Below are positions 51,253-64,000 of a DNA stretch of 64,000 nt, in pieces. This DNA is from Eukaryota sp. TZLM1-RC. Lineage: Eukaryota > Protista > Metamonada: BaSk clade. Both the position numbers and the translations under genes were made by a program. Location: NCBI GenBank assembly GCA_040285825.1, contig JAUPSS010000006.1, positions 558,001-622,000 on the forward strand. The letters run 5' to 3'. The notes beneath the pieces are model-generated. The model was not told the origin of the DNA. It saw only the letters and a program-made list of their open reading frames with translations, and searched no databases. The number at the start of each line of letters is the position of its first letter. The stretch's first letter is position 1.

Positions 51253-51645
51253 TTAGTCGCTTTGCTTTACATAACGTCCGACACTCCGACGGAGTCTGTA
51301 CGCATACTGTATGTTTGGCACATCCATTGGGTTTAGTGGAATCACATTATACAATTGAGCATGTATGCGACCTGCAGTAGGATGGAAACTACCATGGCGA
51401 TTGCGACAGCAAAAAAGAACATAATAGGTGCCAACTACCACAACTTTCTTGCAAGAGCTCAAGGCTACTCTGATGTAATGCTCAAATACATTGTGCTCCA
51501 CATCGGGCAACAATGCCCTGACTCTGACTATGAAAGGAGTAACAAACTGATCAACAATGCCATACAGACGGAACAAAGAGTCTGCAGGTAACCGAAAAAC
51601 TTCAGCGATTGAAACATGTTGATATGAGATGGAATTATGATTCAT
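51253..51645 (-). CDS. Small OB-fold-like protein, possibly Ten1/RPA3-like
   Basis: Intact 130 aa ORF in the host island; pattern SIAEV..FRLYGIV..VGTYYVL..IHAQ..MD..QYAYRLRR recalls Ten1. Confidence 0.4.
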   Translation of the reverse strand: MNHNSISYQHVSIAEVFRLPADSLFRLYGIVDQFVTPFIVRVRALLPDVEHNVFEHYIRVALSSCKKVVVVGTYYVLFCCRNRHGSFHPTAGRIHAQLYNVIPLNPMDVPNIQYAYRLRRSVGRYVKQSD

Positions 51646-52132
51646 AGAGCAGACACGGTGCTCAGATCCATTGTAGTATAGAATGCTTTGCGCTAGTAGA
51701 GGAAGATTGTCTGATAATGAAAATTACTTTATCTAATTGAGAACAAATGCTTGCTCACGGAAAAAGTTATGATTATCAGTTTCTTGATCAAAAGCTACTG
51801 TCTTCTTTCATTGATCAATGAATCAATCCTGAGTTTACCATAGTTTTTAGAATGAAATGTCATAAAAAGAAAACTCCACCCAAAGGGTTACCTCGGTTTT
51901 TCAATTGAATTAGAGAAGCTTTAGCTAGACAGCAAGCAGATTAAGATTTTGTAGAGGAAATCTTGGTGCAATGATTTTTCGTCCCATTAGTTATGAATTA
52001 ATTTGATTAAGTGTGCATGTTCAATAAATATTTATTCAAAGAAAGAACAATAAAATTGTGAAATAAAATGATATAGAACAGGAACTAAACTACATGTTTA
52101 TAAAAATTTACACAAAAAACTATCATGACCTC

Positions 52133-55100
52133 CTACTTCTTCTGTAATTGATCCAATTTCAAAAGATTTCGTCCCTGAACAGCTGGTTTGGCCTTTTTAT
52201 TTTCTTTAACTCCCGCCTTACCTTCTCTAATTTCTTGGATAAGCTGAGCCATTTGATCTTCAGAAGATCCATCAGTTTTGACCAGCTTCTTGCCGAGATT
52301 ACCTTTCTTCTTTTTATCTTTCTTCTCCTCTTTCTTTGGCATGAATTTCTCAATCTTTTCCACAACTGTTTGCAGCCCTGGGAACCACTCATTTGGTTCT
52401 ATTTTTTTAGCTTTAGATTCTTGGTAACCGAGGAAAACCAACAGATCAACAAATTCTTTCTTTTGCTGGGCCAAATCAGCTTCGATTTTCGCAGTCTCCT
52501 TATTACATCGCTCCATAAAAGGTCCCATTTTCTCACAGAACGGATCACTTGGTTTCAATTCCTTTGAAACAAGATCTGCAGCTGCACTTGCTTCTTTGAT
52601 ACGCATCTTGAGATCATGGTAGTTCTTGTCCAAATCGCCAAAGCTAACCCTTAGAGCTTCCTTTATTGGGGAAAGCTCAGTAACAATGTGAAGAGTCTCT
52701 CGCTCAGTTAGCCACTCAACAGCATGTTGGAGAAGTGTTTTTTTGTTTTCAGAATCCTTGACATCGGCAGATTTGACCAGAAACTCAAATTCAAACCCTT
52801 CAGCAGATCCTCTCGCAGTACCTGCGTTGATGTAGTTACCAACGACAAGAAGCATTCCGAGAACAGAGCGCAAACCTTTACTTTCCTTGACGGCAAGTGT
52901 AGCATTGGTCAGTTTTTCAATGGGAGAGGAAATATCACTCAGTAAGGCAGAAAATTCAAATTTAAACAACCAAGCTTGAAGTCTAGCTTGAATTTTGGGT
53001 ATTTTTGACATGGCCAAACACCATTCTTCTGGCTTATCAAGAACAGCAGTCGGATCTTCAAGAGCTCTTCGAATACTAGTAACTTCCTCACTGGTTGGCA
53101 GATTTTGCTTAATCATTGTGACTGAATCTGGAGTCAAGACAGACTCATCTAGCGTGAGAATAGCATCTTTCATTTGAGAAGTGGGGGGTAACCGTGGAAG
53201 CAAAACTCCAATAGCCTGAGAACGTTTACCTTCGAGAACAATAACTTTGGCAGGTTTTTTCGGTTTGGATTCAGCTGCCTTGGCTCCAGCTTTGGGTTTT
53301 TCCTTTACTTGGAAAGCACGTTCAATCTTGCTAAAGTCTACTCGTGGGAGGTCGACTTCTTTCCAGATAGTTTGAGCATTTGGATTCATACGGTTAGGGC
53401 CTTTTTTACGCCAATGAACAGCCTTCATCTTTACTTTGGGTTTGGGTATATTTGAGGCAGGGCGACTAGCTCCAGGCATACCAGGGGGAGGTGGCGGCAC
53501 ACCAGGCATACCAGGGGGAGGAGGAGGGGGAGGAGGCATTCCAGGCATACCAGGTGGTGGAGGTGGAGGTGGAGGCATTCCAGGCATACCGGGGGGAGGG
53601 GGAGGGGGAGGAGGTGGTCCACCTTGACCACCAGGAAGAGGAGGGGCAGCAGGCATACCTGGTAACGGAGGGGGAGGGGGGCCTGATTTTCCCGGCAATG
53701 GTGGAGGAGCAGGCGGTCCAGAATTACCTGGAAGAGGCGGGGGAGCAGGTGCTGATGAATTTCCTGGCAATGGAGGGGGTGGAGGAGCACCAGAACTTCC
53801 CGGCAGTGGTGGAGGAGCAGGTGCTGATGAATTTCCTGGCAATGGAGGGGGTGGAGGAGCACCAGAACTTCCCGGCAGTGGTGGAGGAGCAGGTGCTGAT
53901 GAATTTCCTGGCAATGGAGGGGGTGGAGGAGCACCAGAACTTCCCGGCAGTGGTGGAGGAGCAGGTGCTGATGAATTTCCTGGCAATGGAGGGGGTGGAG
54001 GAGCACTGGAACTACCTGGAAGAGGAGGAGGGGCTGGCGCTGACGAACTACCTGGCAAAGGAGGGGGTGGAGGAGCACTGGAACTACCTGGAAGAGGAGG
54101 AGGGGCTGGCGCTGACGAACTACCTGGCAAAGGAGGGGGTGGAGGAGCACTGGAACTACCTGGAAGAGGAGGAGGAGCAGGTGCTGATGAATTTTCTGGC
54201 AATGGAGGGGGTGGAGGAGCACTGGAACTACCTGGAAGAGGAGGAGGGGCTGGCGCTGACGAACTACCTGGCAAAGAAGGGGGTGGAGGAGCACTGGAAC
54301 TACCTGGCAGAGGGGGAGGGGCTGTAGCACTTGGCACATCATCCTTCTCAGCCTTTGGTATATCATTAGACTTATATTCATTGTTTTGCTCAGTGCGGAT
54401 GGGTTCGTTACTGTTTGAAGATGACCTTTCTCCATGTTTAGATTCAGTAGACTCATCTGCCAACTCAATGGGATCTGTTTGAACTTCAGAAGTCACAAAT
54501 ATTTTTTTAACAGCAGAAGAAGTATCCTCAGTATCAAAGTTGGGAGGATCAACAAAATCAGTAACAGGAGGTTCCAATTCCTCACTAAAGTCTGGTACAG
54601 ATACCTCAACAGAAGGTAAATCGGGGTCCTCCAGTGGTACTTCCTCATCAAAATCTTCCTCATCATAATACTCTTCATAATACTCTTCCTCATTAGCAGG
54701 AGGTTCTGCTTCGGGAGCAAGTGGTTCTATGTTATGTGGAAGATTTAAATGGTGTGCAGGATTATCATGTCTGTACAAAGGTTCTAAATACCCAACTAAT
54801 TGACCCTCATTTCTGGCCCTTTCAATTAAAGCATCACGTCGCTGAATCTCAGTCCTAAATAAAGAAAGTCGAGTTTTCAGTCGTTCTGAATAGTCAACTT
54901 GGTGCTCAAGTTCGTAAATACGTTCTTCAGCTCTGTCTAGTTGTTCTCTCAGTGTATCAGCCTCCTTCCACGATCCAGGAACGACGACATTGGAAAGTTC
55001 TTGGAATCGGTTGAACACAGCAGTGAAATCATCATGCTCGATAGCAACAGCGCTCTTAAGTATAGCATCCATACCTAGGTTAGACCATCTAAATACAAGG

Positions 55101-55699
55101 CGTTGTTTATGGTAATCTGATGGGGCATATGATAACAAAGTGTTGAGAAGGGTAAGGATTGATACTTTGAGATCCAAAACATTCTCATTTAGCAAGGCCA
55201 AGACACCTTCATAAGGACGAACTCCAGCGTATTGAGCATATGACTTGAAAGAGTCATGGACAAGGTTCCATCCATCCTCTGCCATTGCGATGATAACAGT
55301 GAGTAACTCCATTGTTCTGCATTGAACAGAAAGTACAGGGGAGGTGTCAACAACTTCAATCAGATCCTCAATCAAATGAGGTTGTGAAGTAATGTACTCC
55401 ATACCTGTTACAAAGAACAAAGCTGTGCGTAGACCGTGGAGTGCATAAGCTTGGGTGTTACCAGATACTCCCTTGATGACTTTAAGTAGTACTTGTATAC
55501 CTGACTGGGCAATAAACTCTTCAGCAAACATATCATCTTGTAGATGAGCACGAAGCCTATAAGCAGAAAGTTTCTGGTGTTTAACATCATCAAAGTCGTC
55601 AAGAGCAAGAATTACTTCAGAAGCAAGCTGTTCCGCAGGATCAACATCAGGAGGATCAGGAACTCCTGAATCAGGGAGAGATATCTCCTCAGAAGCCAT
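52133..55699 (-). CDS. Formin (N-terminal FH3/armadillo-like region, FH1, FH2)
   Basis: Likely start MASEEISL at 55699; long polyproline FH1; FH2 motifs MKAVHWRK, KRSQAIGVLL, LLVVGNYINAG..GFEF..KD..KTLLQH. Confidence 0.96.
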   Translation of the reverse strand: MASEEISLPDSGVPDPPDVDPAEQLASEVILALDDFDDVKHQKLSAYRLRAHLQDDMFAEEFIAQSGIQVLLKVIKGVSGNTQAYALHGLRTALFFVTGMEYITSQPHLIEDLIEVVDTSPVLSVQCRTMELLTVIIAMAEDGWNLVHDSFKSYAQYAGVRPYEGVLALLNENVLDLKVSILTLLNTLLSYAPSDYHKQRLVFRWSNLGMDAILKSAVAIEHDDFTAVFNRFQELSNVVVPGSWKEADTLREQLDRAEERIYELEHQVDYSERLKTRLSLFRTEIQRRDALIERARNEGQLVGYLEPLYRHDNPAHHLNLPHNIEPLAPEAEPPANEEEYYEEYYDEEDFDEEVPLEDPDLPSVEVSVPDFSEELEPPVTDFVDPPNFDTEDTSSAVKKIFVTSEVQTDPIELADESTESKHGERSSSNSNEPIRTEQNNEYKSNDIPKAEKDDVPSATAPPPLPGSSSAPPPPSLPGSSSAPAPPPLPGSSSAPPPPPLPENSSAPAPPPLPGSSSAPPPPPLPGSSSAPAPPPLPGSSSAPPPPPLPGSSSAPAPPPLPGSSSAPPPPPLPGNSSAPAPPPLPGSSGAPPPPPLPGNSSAPAPPPLPGSSGAPPPPPLPGNSSAPAPPPLPGSSGAPPPPPLPGNSSAPAPPPLPGNSGPPAPPPLPGKSGPPPPPLPGMPAAPPLPGGQGGPPPPPPPPPGMPGMPPPPPPPPGMPGMPPPPPPPPGMPGVPPPPPGMPGASRPASNIPKPKVKMKAVHWRKKGPNRMNPNAQTIWKEVDLPRVDFSKIERAFQVKEKPKAGAKAAESKPKKPAKVIVLEGKRSQAIGVLLPRLPPTSQMKDAILTLDESVLTPDSVTMIKQNLPTSEEVTSIRRALEDPTAVLDKPEEWCLAMSKIPKIQARLQAWLFKFEFSALLSDISSPIEKLTNATLAVKESKGLRSVLGMLLVVGNYINAGTARGSAEGFEFEFLVKSADVKDSENKKTLLQHAVEWLTERETLHIVTELSPIKEALRVSFGDLDKNYHDLKMRIKEASAAADLVSKELKPSDPFCEKMGPFMERCNKETAKIEADLAQQKKEFVDLLVFLGYQESKAKKIEPNEWFPGLQTVVEKIEKFMPKKEEKKDKKKKGNLGKKLVKTDGSSEDQMAQLIQEIREGKAGVKENKKAKPAVQGRNLLKLDQLQKK
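53720..54325 (-). repeat. FH1 coding minisatellite: 36 bp (12 aa) units alternating into a 72 bp higher-order unit
   Basis: PPPPPLPG(N/S)SSA alternates with PAPPPLPGSS(S/G)A; exact 72 bp period at 53761/53833/53905. Confidence 0.9.
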
Positions 55700-55849
55700 G
55701 ATGTAGGTTGTGTTGATGATAGAGGTTGATGTTGATGAACTTGACGAAGTGATAGATTTTTTAAAAATCATTTCTAACTATTTTCCAATCATTTTCATAA
55801 TAATTTCGCAATAATTTTCTTTTGTCATATTTCAAATTGATGTATGGAT

Positions 55850-56500
55850 CGCCTTCTAACCTAATTTTTCATTCTGGGGACATTTCTTCATCAAGAGGTG
55901 TCAAGCAGGCAGATCCTCTGGGTCCATTTTTCTTTTGCTGTGCACTTCAATCATTTTTTGAAAAAATTAAGTTGGATTTTCCTGACTTCCATTTATGAGC
56001 ATATGCAGATGATTTATCACTTGTCGGTCCTTCGTCCCTTTTACAGCAAGGATTACAAGATTTCGTTATTCTGTTTAGATATTAAATTGGTCAAGTGTTT
56101 CATTATTGGTAATCACAATGTTGATGTAGTATTTAATGAAACTTTCATCAAATATGTTTATTATGAAGCAGATGCGATTCATTTTCTTGGCTCTTATTTT
56201 GGAAATATCAAAAAAAATTAAATCGATTTTGAAATTTATTTTGGGAAAAATTGAAAAGTAACTTTTAGCTGATCGAGAACTAAAAATTGACAAACATTCA
56301 GCGTTTTCGGTCCTAAATGTGTGTTTTGGATCAAAAATTAATCACCTTCTGCATTCTTCATCTTTTACAATTTTTTGTTATTTTGTACGTCAATTTAATA
56401 CTTTGAGAACCAATTTCTTAGGAGATTTAGTAGAAGTTTGTCCCTCCAAAATTCGTTAACATGCATTGTTTAGTCCTACGTTTGCTGGAGTGGTGGTTTT
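55850..56500 (+). mobile_element. Degenerate RT fragment of an RLE non-LTR retrotransposon
   Basis: SSRGVKQADPLGPF, AYADDLS, FLGSYFG; paralogous to 30244-30849. Confidence 0.75.
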
Positions 56501-56999
56501 GGAGGATTTGAATTTCTCCAACATTGAAATGTTGCTGGACCATTTACTGCACCAATTGTAGACTTACTAAGTTTGGTAGTACAATATACCTAACATATTC
56601 CTTATTCCACCTCTAACTGATCGGCATTGAACCTTGTTCATGTCTCATTACCCCGTTTAACAACTTATTGACAACTTGTCTTCTGATCCAAAAACGAAAC
56701 ATGTTAAGTCGTTATGTACAATTTGACTTGGCTTGATATGTTTCGACTTATGTTATTGAATAACGTTAGTTGAAAATTCCATCAAACGAGAAGAAAAACA
56801 CACTCTCATATTTCGTTATTGATTTTTTTTAAATCTTAAATATTCCTTAATCTAGTATTTCTACCTGATCGTCATTGAAACCTCCTCACTGTAAATATCT
56901 TACTAATAAATACCTTAGTTCATATACAATAACATTAAATAAAATTCTGTTTCAGTTTGCCTTAGCTTAAATTATATTATATTATAATTTGGCAACATT

Positions 57000-57230
57000 G
57001 GTCAATCTGTTTTGAATTTTTTCAATGATTTTATTAATTTATGTCGTTCAAGTGGTAAGAATTTTACAGGGAATTTGGAAGAATTGAAAGAATTGTATCG
57101 TTTTTGCTTTGTACACAAGTGTGTCCAAGTAATTAAATTTATTGATGTCCAAGCTGTATAAGGATTCATCAAGAGTTGGCGTGGAAAGTTTTGTTTCTTT
57201 TGTGTTTTAGTTTTGTTTCTTCGTATATCC
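57000..57230 (+). mobile_element. 3' tip of the second non-LTR subfamily
   Basis: Reverse-complement match to 60141-60347 (AATTTATGTCGTTCAAGTGGTAAGAATTTT; GGATTCATCAAGAGTTGGCGTGGA). Confidence 0.65.
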
Positions 57231-57334
57231 ATATATATTAAAACTTTTTAACGATTTTTGCAAATTAAACTAAACACCTCCTCAATCATCCTGGCATTAT
57301 CCGCGTTTATGGAGTTACATACATAGAATGCAAG

Positions 57335-57694
57335 ATGAGTATTGTCATGGATCGATCATCTTCTTCCCTCCACGCACCCTTCCCTCTGTCTCACACGTCC
57401 CTTTCGCACGCGATCTCTATAACCTCTGCCCTTCATTTCCTTCACTCTAATAACTTTATCCATAGAGATTTAAAGCCCCAGAACATTCTTATGGTTGATG
57501 GTCTTCCCAGAATTTCTGACTTTGGAACTTCCAAAATTATTGCTGATACTGCCACCCTCAAAACTATCAATGCCATGACCCCTAAGTATGCTGCATTGGA
57601 AGGTTTTGATAATAATTCAAGTCAGGAAAGTGATGTCTATGCCCTAGGGATAATTCTATATGAATTACTTAACTCTAAAGTCGCTTTTTTCTAG
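57335..57694 (+). pseudogene. Ser/Thr (TKL-like) protein kinase fragment
   Basis: IHRDLKPQNIL, ISDFG, MTPKYAALE, SDVYALGIILYEL; truncated at both ends. Confidence 0.85.
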
Positions 57695-59129
57695 GGCATT
57701 AGTTCATCCTGGGCTAAAACTTGCACAGTGGTAATAAAATATACAAAACTTTCATGCTTTACATTTGTTGTTAACAAAAACATCTGAATCTTGCTAATCT
57801 ACAAACAACAATATTTGAACTTAAATTTTACTATATCGTGTTTGAAAGCACTCGAGAAAATTTCAAATTTTGGAACAAAGTTTTAGTTTAACGAACCACT
57901 TATTAAGTTTAAGAAATTTGTTTAGCATTTATTTAAGATAAACCATTCTTTTTCAATTTCAGGATTATCCTGATGGATTTACTGAAGAATGTCATATTCT
58001 TTCAACGTAGTTATCATTTCACATTTATCGAAAAACTTATCAACAAAATCAGATCGCTTAATGGTAGATGATGGACCAATCATTCTTTCTTAATTAGAAG
58101 TCAACAAATCTTTAAATAGAATAAGGGACAATTGAGAAGTAATCTGTTACTTAATGTTGGTTTTGTCGTTATTTTAAATCAAAATTTTTGCCAAGACCTC
58201 GATCATTTGTGGAAAAAGATGGTTAATTCTAGTATCATTTGTTCCAAAACAATTCTGCAACAACTCATTTGTTTTGAAAAAAGGAAGAAACAATGTTGAC
58301 GCCCTAGGTTTTTATGAAACGAACAGGAAAATAAATCATTTTTTTACCATTTTAAATTTACAGCAACAATAATGAACTTAATCAGGACCAAACAGCATTA
58401 TTTCACTGTTATTTTCCTCAATAATTCTCTTTTTATGAAGGCTGTTCTATTAAATTTAATTCAAGTGTTTTATTTGTTTATTCAGCTCCAAAGATGGTCT
58501 ATTTTGAGAATATTTTTTCATCCCTCCCATTCACTACATTACACGAATCTCTCAAAGTCCATGTTTTCATCTTTTGGACAATGATTACAGCCAACAGGTT
58601 CATCGTGTTTCAATGTCGTAGATTTAGCATCTTTGTTGGGTAAACAAACTCCATTATGATCAATTAATGTCAGAGAAAGCACAAGGTTTTTTATATGTAT
58701 GAAAAAAAATATGTAAATAATGTGGACAGAAGGTTCAATACCAAGAAGTCAGGAAGTCTTCCATTTGATTCAAATGAAAAAATTGATATGGATGTTCCAA
58801 AATCTCAGTTTCTAATTGGTTTGGTGATATTTGCAGAAAATTGTATAAGACAAAGAAAGAGAAAACATTTCTTCAAAAATCTGCTGACTGTTACGAAGAT
58901 GTTACTTTTGTTGTCAGTAGCAATATGGATGCTCTTTCGTATGGACAACTTTTCTGTGTTTGTTATCGGTACTTGTTGAGCTTATTCGGAAGAACGTATT
59001 TAAACAGAACTTTGATGATACGTGTCAATAGAGAAAAACTAGTTCGCCCGATCTAAACTAGGTCGGTGTATGCTTGGCACGTTTGGAATTTTGACAATGG
59101 AATATCCAAACATTTGTATTTCAATTCAA

Positions 59130-59905
59130 ACCCAAACCAACGTCACTCATCCAGTGCTCAACGTATCTCTCCCACCTACACAGATCCTCACAGACCTCCG
59201 TAACAATCCTCATCTCCGTGACTACACCCTTTGATTCAATGGGGAAGAGTTTCCTGTTCATCGTGCTCTTTTGGTACTCTACTCCAAGTACTACCACAAG
59301 CTCTTCACTCTCAACTGGGTAGACTCGAACTACCCTACAAGCGATTACGACCATCTTCGTCTCTTCTTCCTTTCTCAAGATATTCCTCGATTACTTTTAT
59401 GGAGGAAGCATCGAATTCACTCCTGAAACGTTCTATCATTTCAGGTACCTCCCTTCCTTTTTCGAGGTAGATTCAATCAATGAGGCTTGTGATCAGGTTA
59501 TAACTGATCACTTTCAATCCCCTGAATGGCTTCTTCCCGCTTTGGTCAATGCTGATGCTAATGAAGACCAAAAACTCTTAATAAAGATTGGTTTCTACAT
59601 TAACTCAACAATTTTGTAACCACTCCTTCTTTCCTTTACCTCCCTTTCTTGCTTGGTAGAAGAGCAGCAAGCTGAATCTTTGTGGTTGGTGAGGTCTGTG
59701 GTTTGGTCTTGGAAGAAGAACAGTTTGTCTGATTGGCAAGTGGAAAAGTTGCTTGATATGATTGAGGAATTGAAAATTGAAAAACTTTATGAAGATGTTT
59801 TTCTTTCTTTTTATCAGCAAAGTCAATTTAATGAATTTTTGTTTGAATTTTCTATTAAATATTTCAATAATAATTCACAAATTCCACCTAAATGGTTCTC
59901 TTGGG
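59130..59905 (+). pseudogene. BTB/POZ domain gene, broken and truncated at the (TTTA)n tract
   Basis: DYTL*FNGEEFPVHRALLVLYSKYYHKLF is a BTB start. Confidence 0.7.
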
Positions 59906-60140
<235 letters not shown>

Positions 60141-60347
60141 TCTACGAAGAATCAAATAGAACAAACTAAAACACATAAGAAACTAAATTCTCCACGCCAA
60201 CTCTTGATGAATCCATATAAAGTTTAGACATCATTAAACTCAAGTACTTGGGAACACTTCTGTACAAAGCGAAAATGATACGATTTTTCCATAAATTCTC
60301 TGCAAAATTCTTACCACTTGAACGACATAAATTACCAAAAATCATAG
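60141..60347 (-). mobile_element. 5'-truncated non-LTR 3' end
   Basis: The minus strand encodes NLCRSSGKNFAENLWKNRIIFALYRSV...VF*, followed by a short UTR and (TAAA)n. Confidence 0.7.
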
Positions 60348-62266
<1,919 letters not shown>

Positions 62267-62560
62267 ATTTATTTATTTATTTATTTATTTATTTAATTTC
62301 TTCGTTTAATACAAAAATAGTTGAATTTTGCGTTTTCACTAATTAATGTTCCTACTCCACAAATTTTTGAGAAAACTTAACTATTAATTTTCTACATTGA
62401 GCGATAGAAGCACACGAAGTAAAAATTTAGACTTTTGTCCAACCGAAACGACCTTAATGTGGACTAACATAAGCATGAACGGTAATTTGGGACATTTTAC
62501 ATCCAATTTATTGTGACAAAACTTTTGCACGTAACTCATTGAACTTTTGGGCCAAAGGTT
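62267..62560 (-). mobile_element. (TAAA)7 tract plus degraded non-LTR fragment
   Basis: (ATTT)7 at 62267-62295. The minus strand at 62400-62560 reads KFNELRAKVLS..HAYVSP..GRFGWTK, paralogous to the thumb region of the other copies. Confidence 0.5.
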
Positions 62561-63019
62561 TCGTAATAAGAATTATGGAATTTAATGGAATGATATTCAA
62601 GTATTGAACTTCAACAAAGTCCTCAATCCATTATCACATCAATGTCCAAGCACCCTACTCTCTCATCCTACCACGATGTCACGCCTTCTTCTTTACTGAC
62701 GTGCTGCCGTGAAGATGCACCGCCTTCTTCGTTTGATTCATACTCTTCCCATTTCCCCTCTTCAATCCCTGTCAACTCTTCTGTGTCTTCCCATCATCCC
62801 TCTTCAAGAACCACAGACCTCTCCCCTGACAAAGAAAATTCTTTTCGCCTTTCCCTCACCAGCTCTGTCAATGACGACACGAAATCAAGTTTGCCCTCTA
62901 CTGCCTTTCCGTCAGCGATGGACGTGGCTCCAAACCACTATATTATTCAAGAGTCTTCCATATCAAGTGCTTGTGAAGATGTGTCGGCCGACCCAAACCC
63001 CGATCGATCGGACAGGATG

Positions 63020-64000
63020 GTTGGGATTAAGTCCATTTCTGTGGGTGGTTGCCACACACTTCTTCTCACATATTCTGGTGAGGTTTTTGGTTTGGGGAGT
63101 AATGATTATGGTCAAGTTCTCTATGATGGACCTGAATCAATCAAATCACCGATCAAATTACCTTTAAATGATATTCAAGTTATTTCAGCTAGTATTAATC
63201 ACTCCCTTTCCCTCTCTTTTGACGGTAAGTTGTATGGTTGGGGTAGGAATAGATTAAACCAAATCAATAGATCAAGTAAGGACAAACTACCAATAACTAA
63301 AATAAACATTCCTTGTAAAATTAAGGAAGTTTATTGTGGTGTGTTTTGTTCATTTGCTTTAACCCATGAAGGTCAAGTTGTTAAATGGGGAAATTCGGGA
63401 TCATTTGAATTAATTAAAGGGTTAAATAATATTGTTTCAATGTCCGTGTATGGTTTTTTTTTGGTCGCAGTTGATTTAAATGGTGATTTCTTTCATTTTA
63501 TTGCAAGATACCGAAAACCAAATGAGTTACTGCAAATAGAAGTCACCAAACAGATATCTCCCAAAGAACCATCCCAGGGTTCTTTTTTGTTTGTTTGTAT
63601 TCATTTATTTGTAATTGATGTAAATGGTGATGTTTGGAGGTTCAGCAAGCTTTATAATGATGGCACTTTCAATAACAAACCAACCAAAGTTCCAGGGTTG
63701 AGTAATATTGTTTTTATTAATGGTTGTAATGGTATTTATGCTGCCATTAATAATAGTGGTAAAGTTTTTGTTTGGGGTCAGTTGAGTAGAATAAGTGAGT
63801 TTTATGAAGATAGTGATGAACCAAGATGTATCGAAGCTTTCACTAATGTAGAAGGTATTTCAATAGGTGAAACCTTCCTTTTCGCTTACAACAAGAACAC
63901 TGTTTGGGCTTGGGGAAGGAACGATAAAGGTCAATTAGGTACATGTGATTTGATTGATCGACCACAACCTGTCAAAGTATTTGGATCTGAAATACTTGGC
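63020..64000 (+). CDS. RCC1-like repeat protein (5' part disrupted; runs off the window)
   Basis: GEVFGLGSNDYGQV, ISASINHSLSLSFDGKLYGWGRN, GKVFVWGQ, VWAWGRNDKGQLG. Confidence 0.85.

Noticed and set aside
52148-54720. Long overlapping or antisense ORFs inside the formin (e.g. 53431-54468, 53491-54327)
   Set aside because: Shadow frames of the repetitive FH1 region and of the coding strand's bias.

Overview
AT-rich eukaryotic (protist-like) genomic DNA; the host genes use the standard code and have tiny 28-29 nt spliceosomal introns. (1) 1-18513 is about 6.5 near-identical head-to-tail copies of a ~2857 bp chimeric unit: a T4-gp30-like ATP-dependent DNA ligase pseudogene, an orphan ORF, an LTR/PBS-like piece and a CCHC zinc-knuckle retroelement fragment. 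(2) Directly to the right lie the missing ligase N-terminus and the C-terminal part of a very divergent multi-subunit RNA polymerase largest subunit, fused in frame to a Ty3/gypsy RT-thumb/RNase H piece. Together these look like a relic of an AT-rich large DNA virus (minus-strand order RNAP-L, ligase, ORF X) that was rearranged by retroelements and tandemly amplified. (3) About 19.4-49 kb is a graveyard of gypsy gag/integrase pieces, RLE-type non-LTR retrotransposons, Fanzor1 (TnpB-like)-like fragments in at least two copies, an MCM3 fragment, a Ulp1-like protease, lineage-specific family pseudogenes and a broken kinase. (4) 49.6-55.7 kb is an intact host island: RPLP1, a catalytically dead membrane-anchored cathepsin-B-like protein, an OB-fold/Ten1-like ORF and a formin. 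(5) 55.8-64 kb holds more non-LTR debris stacked head-to-tail with (TAAA)n tracts, kinase and BTB pseudogenes and an RCC1-repeat gene. All protein assignments come from motif recognition by eye; no database search was run. Many frameshifts fall in homopolymers and may be long-read errors.
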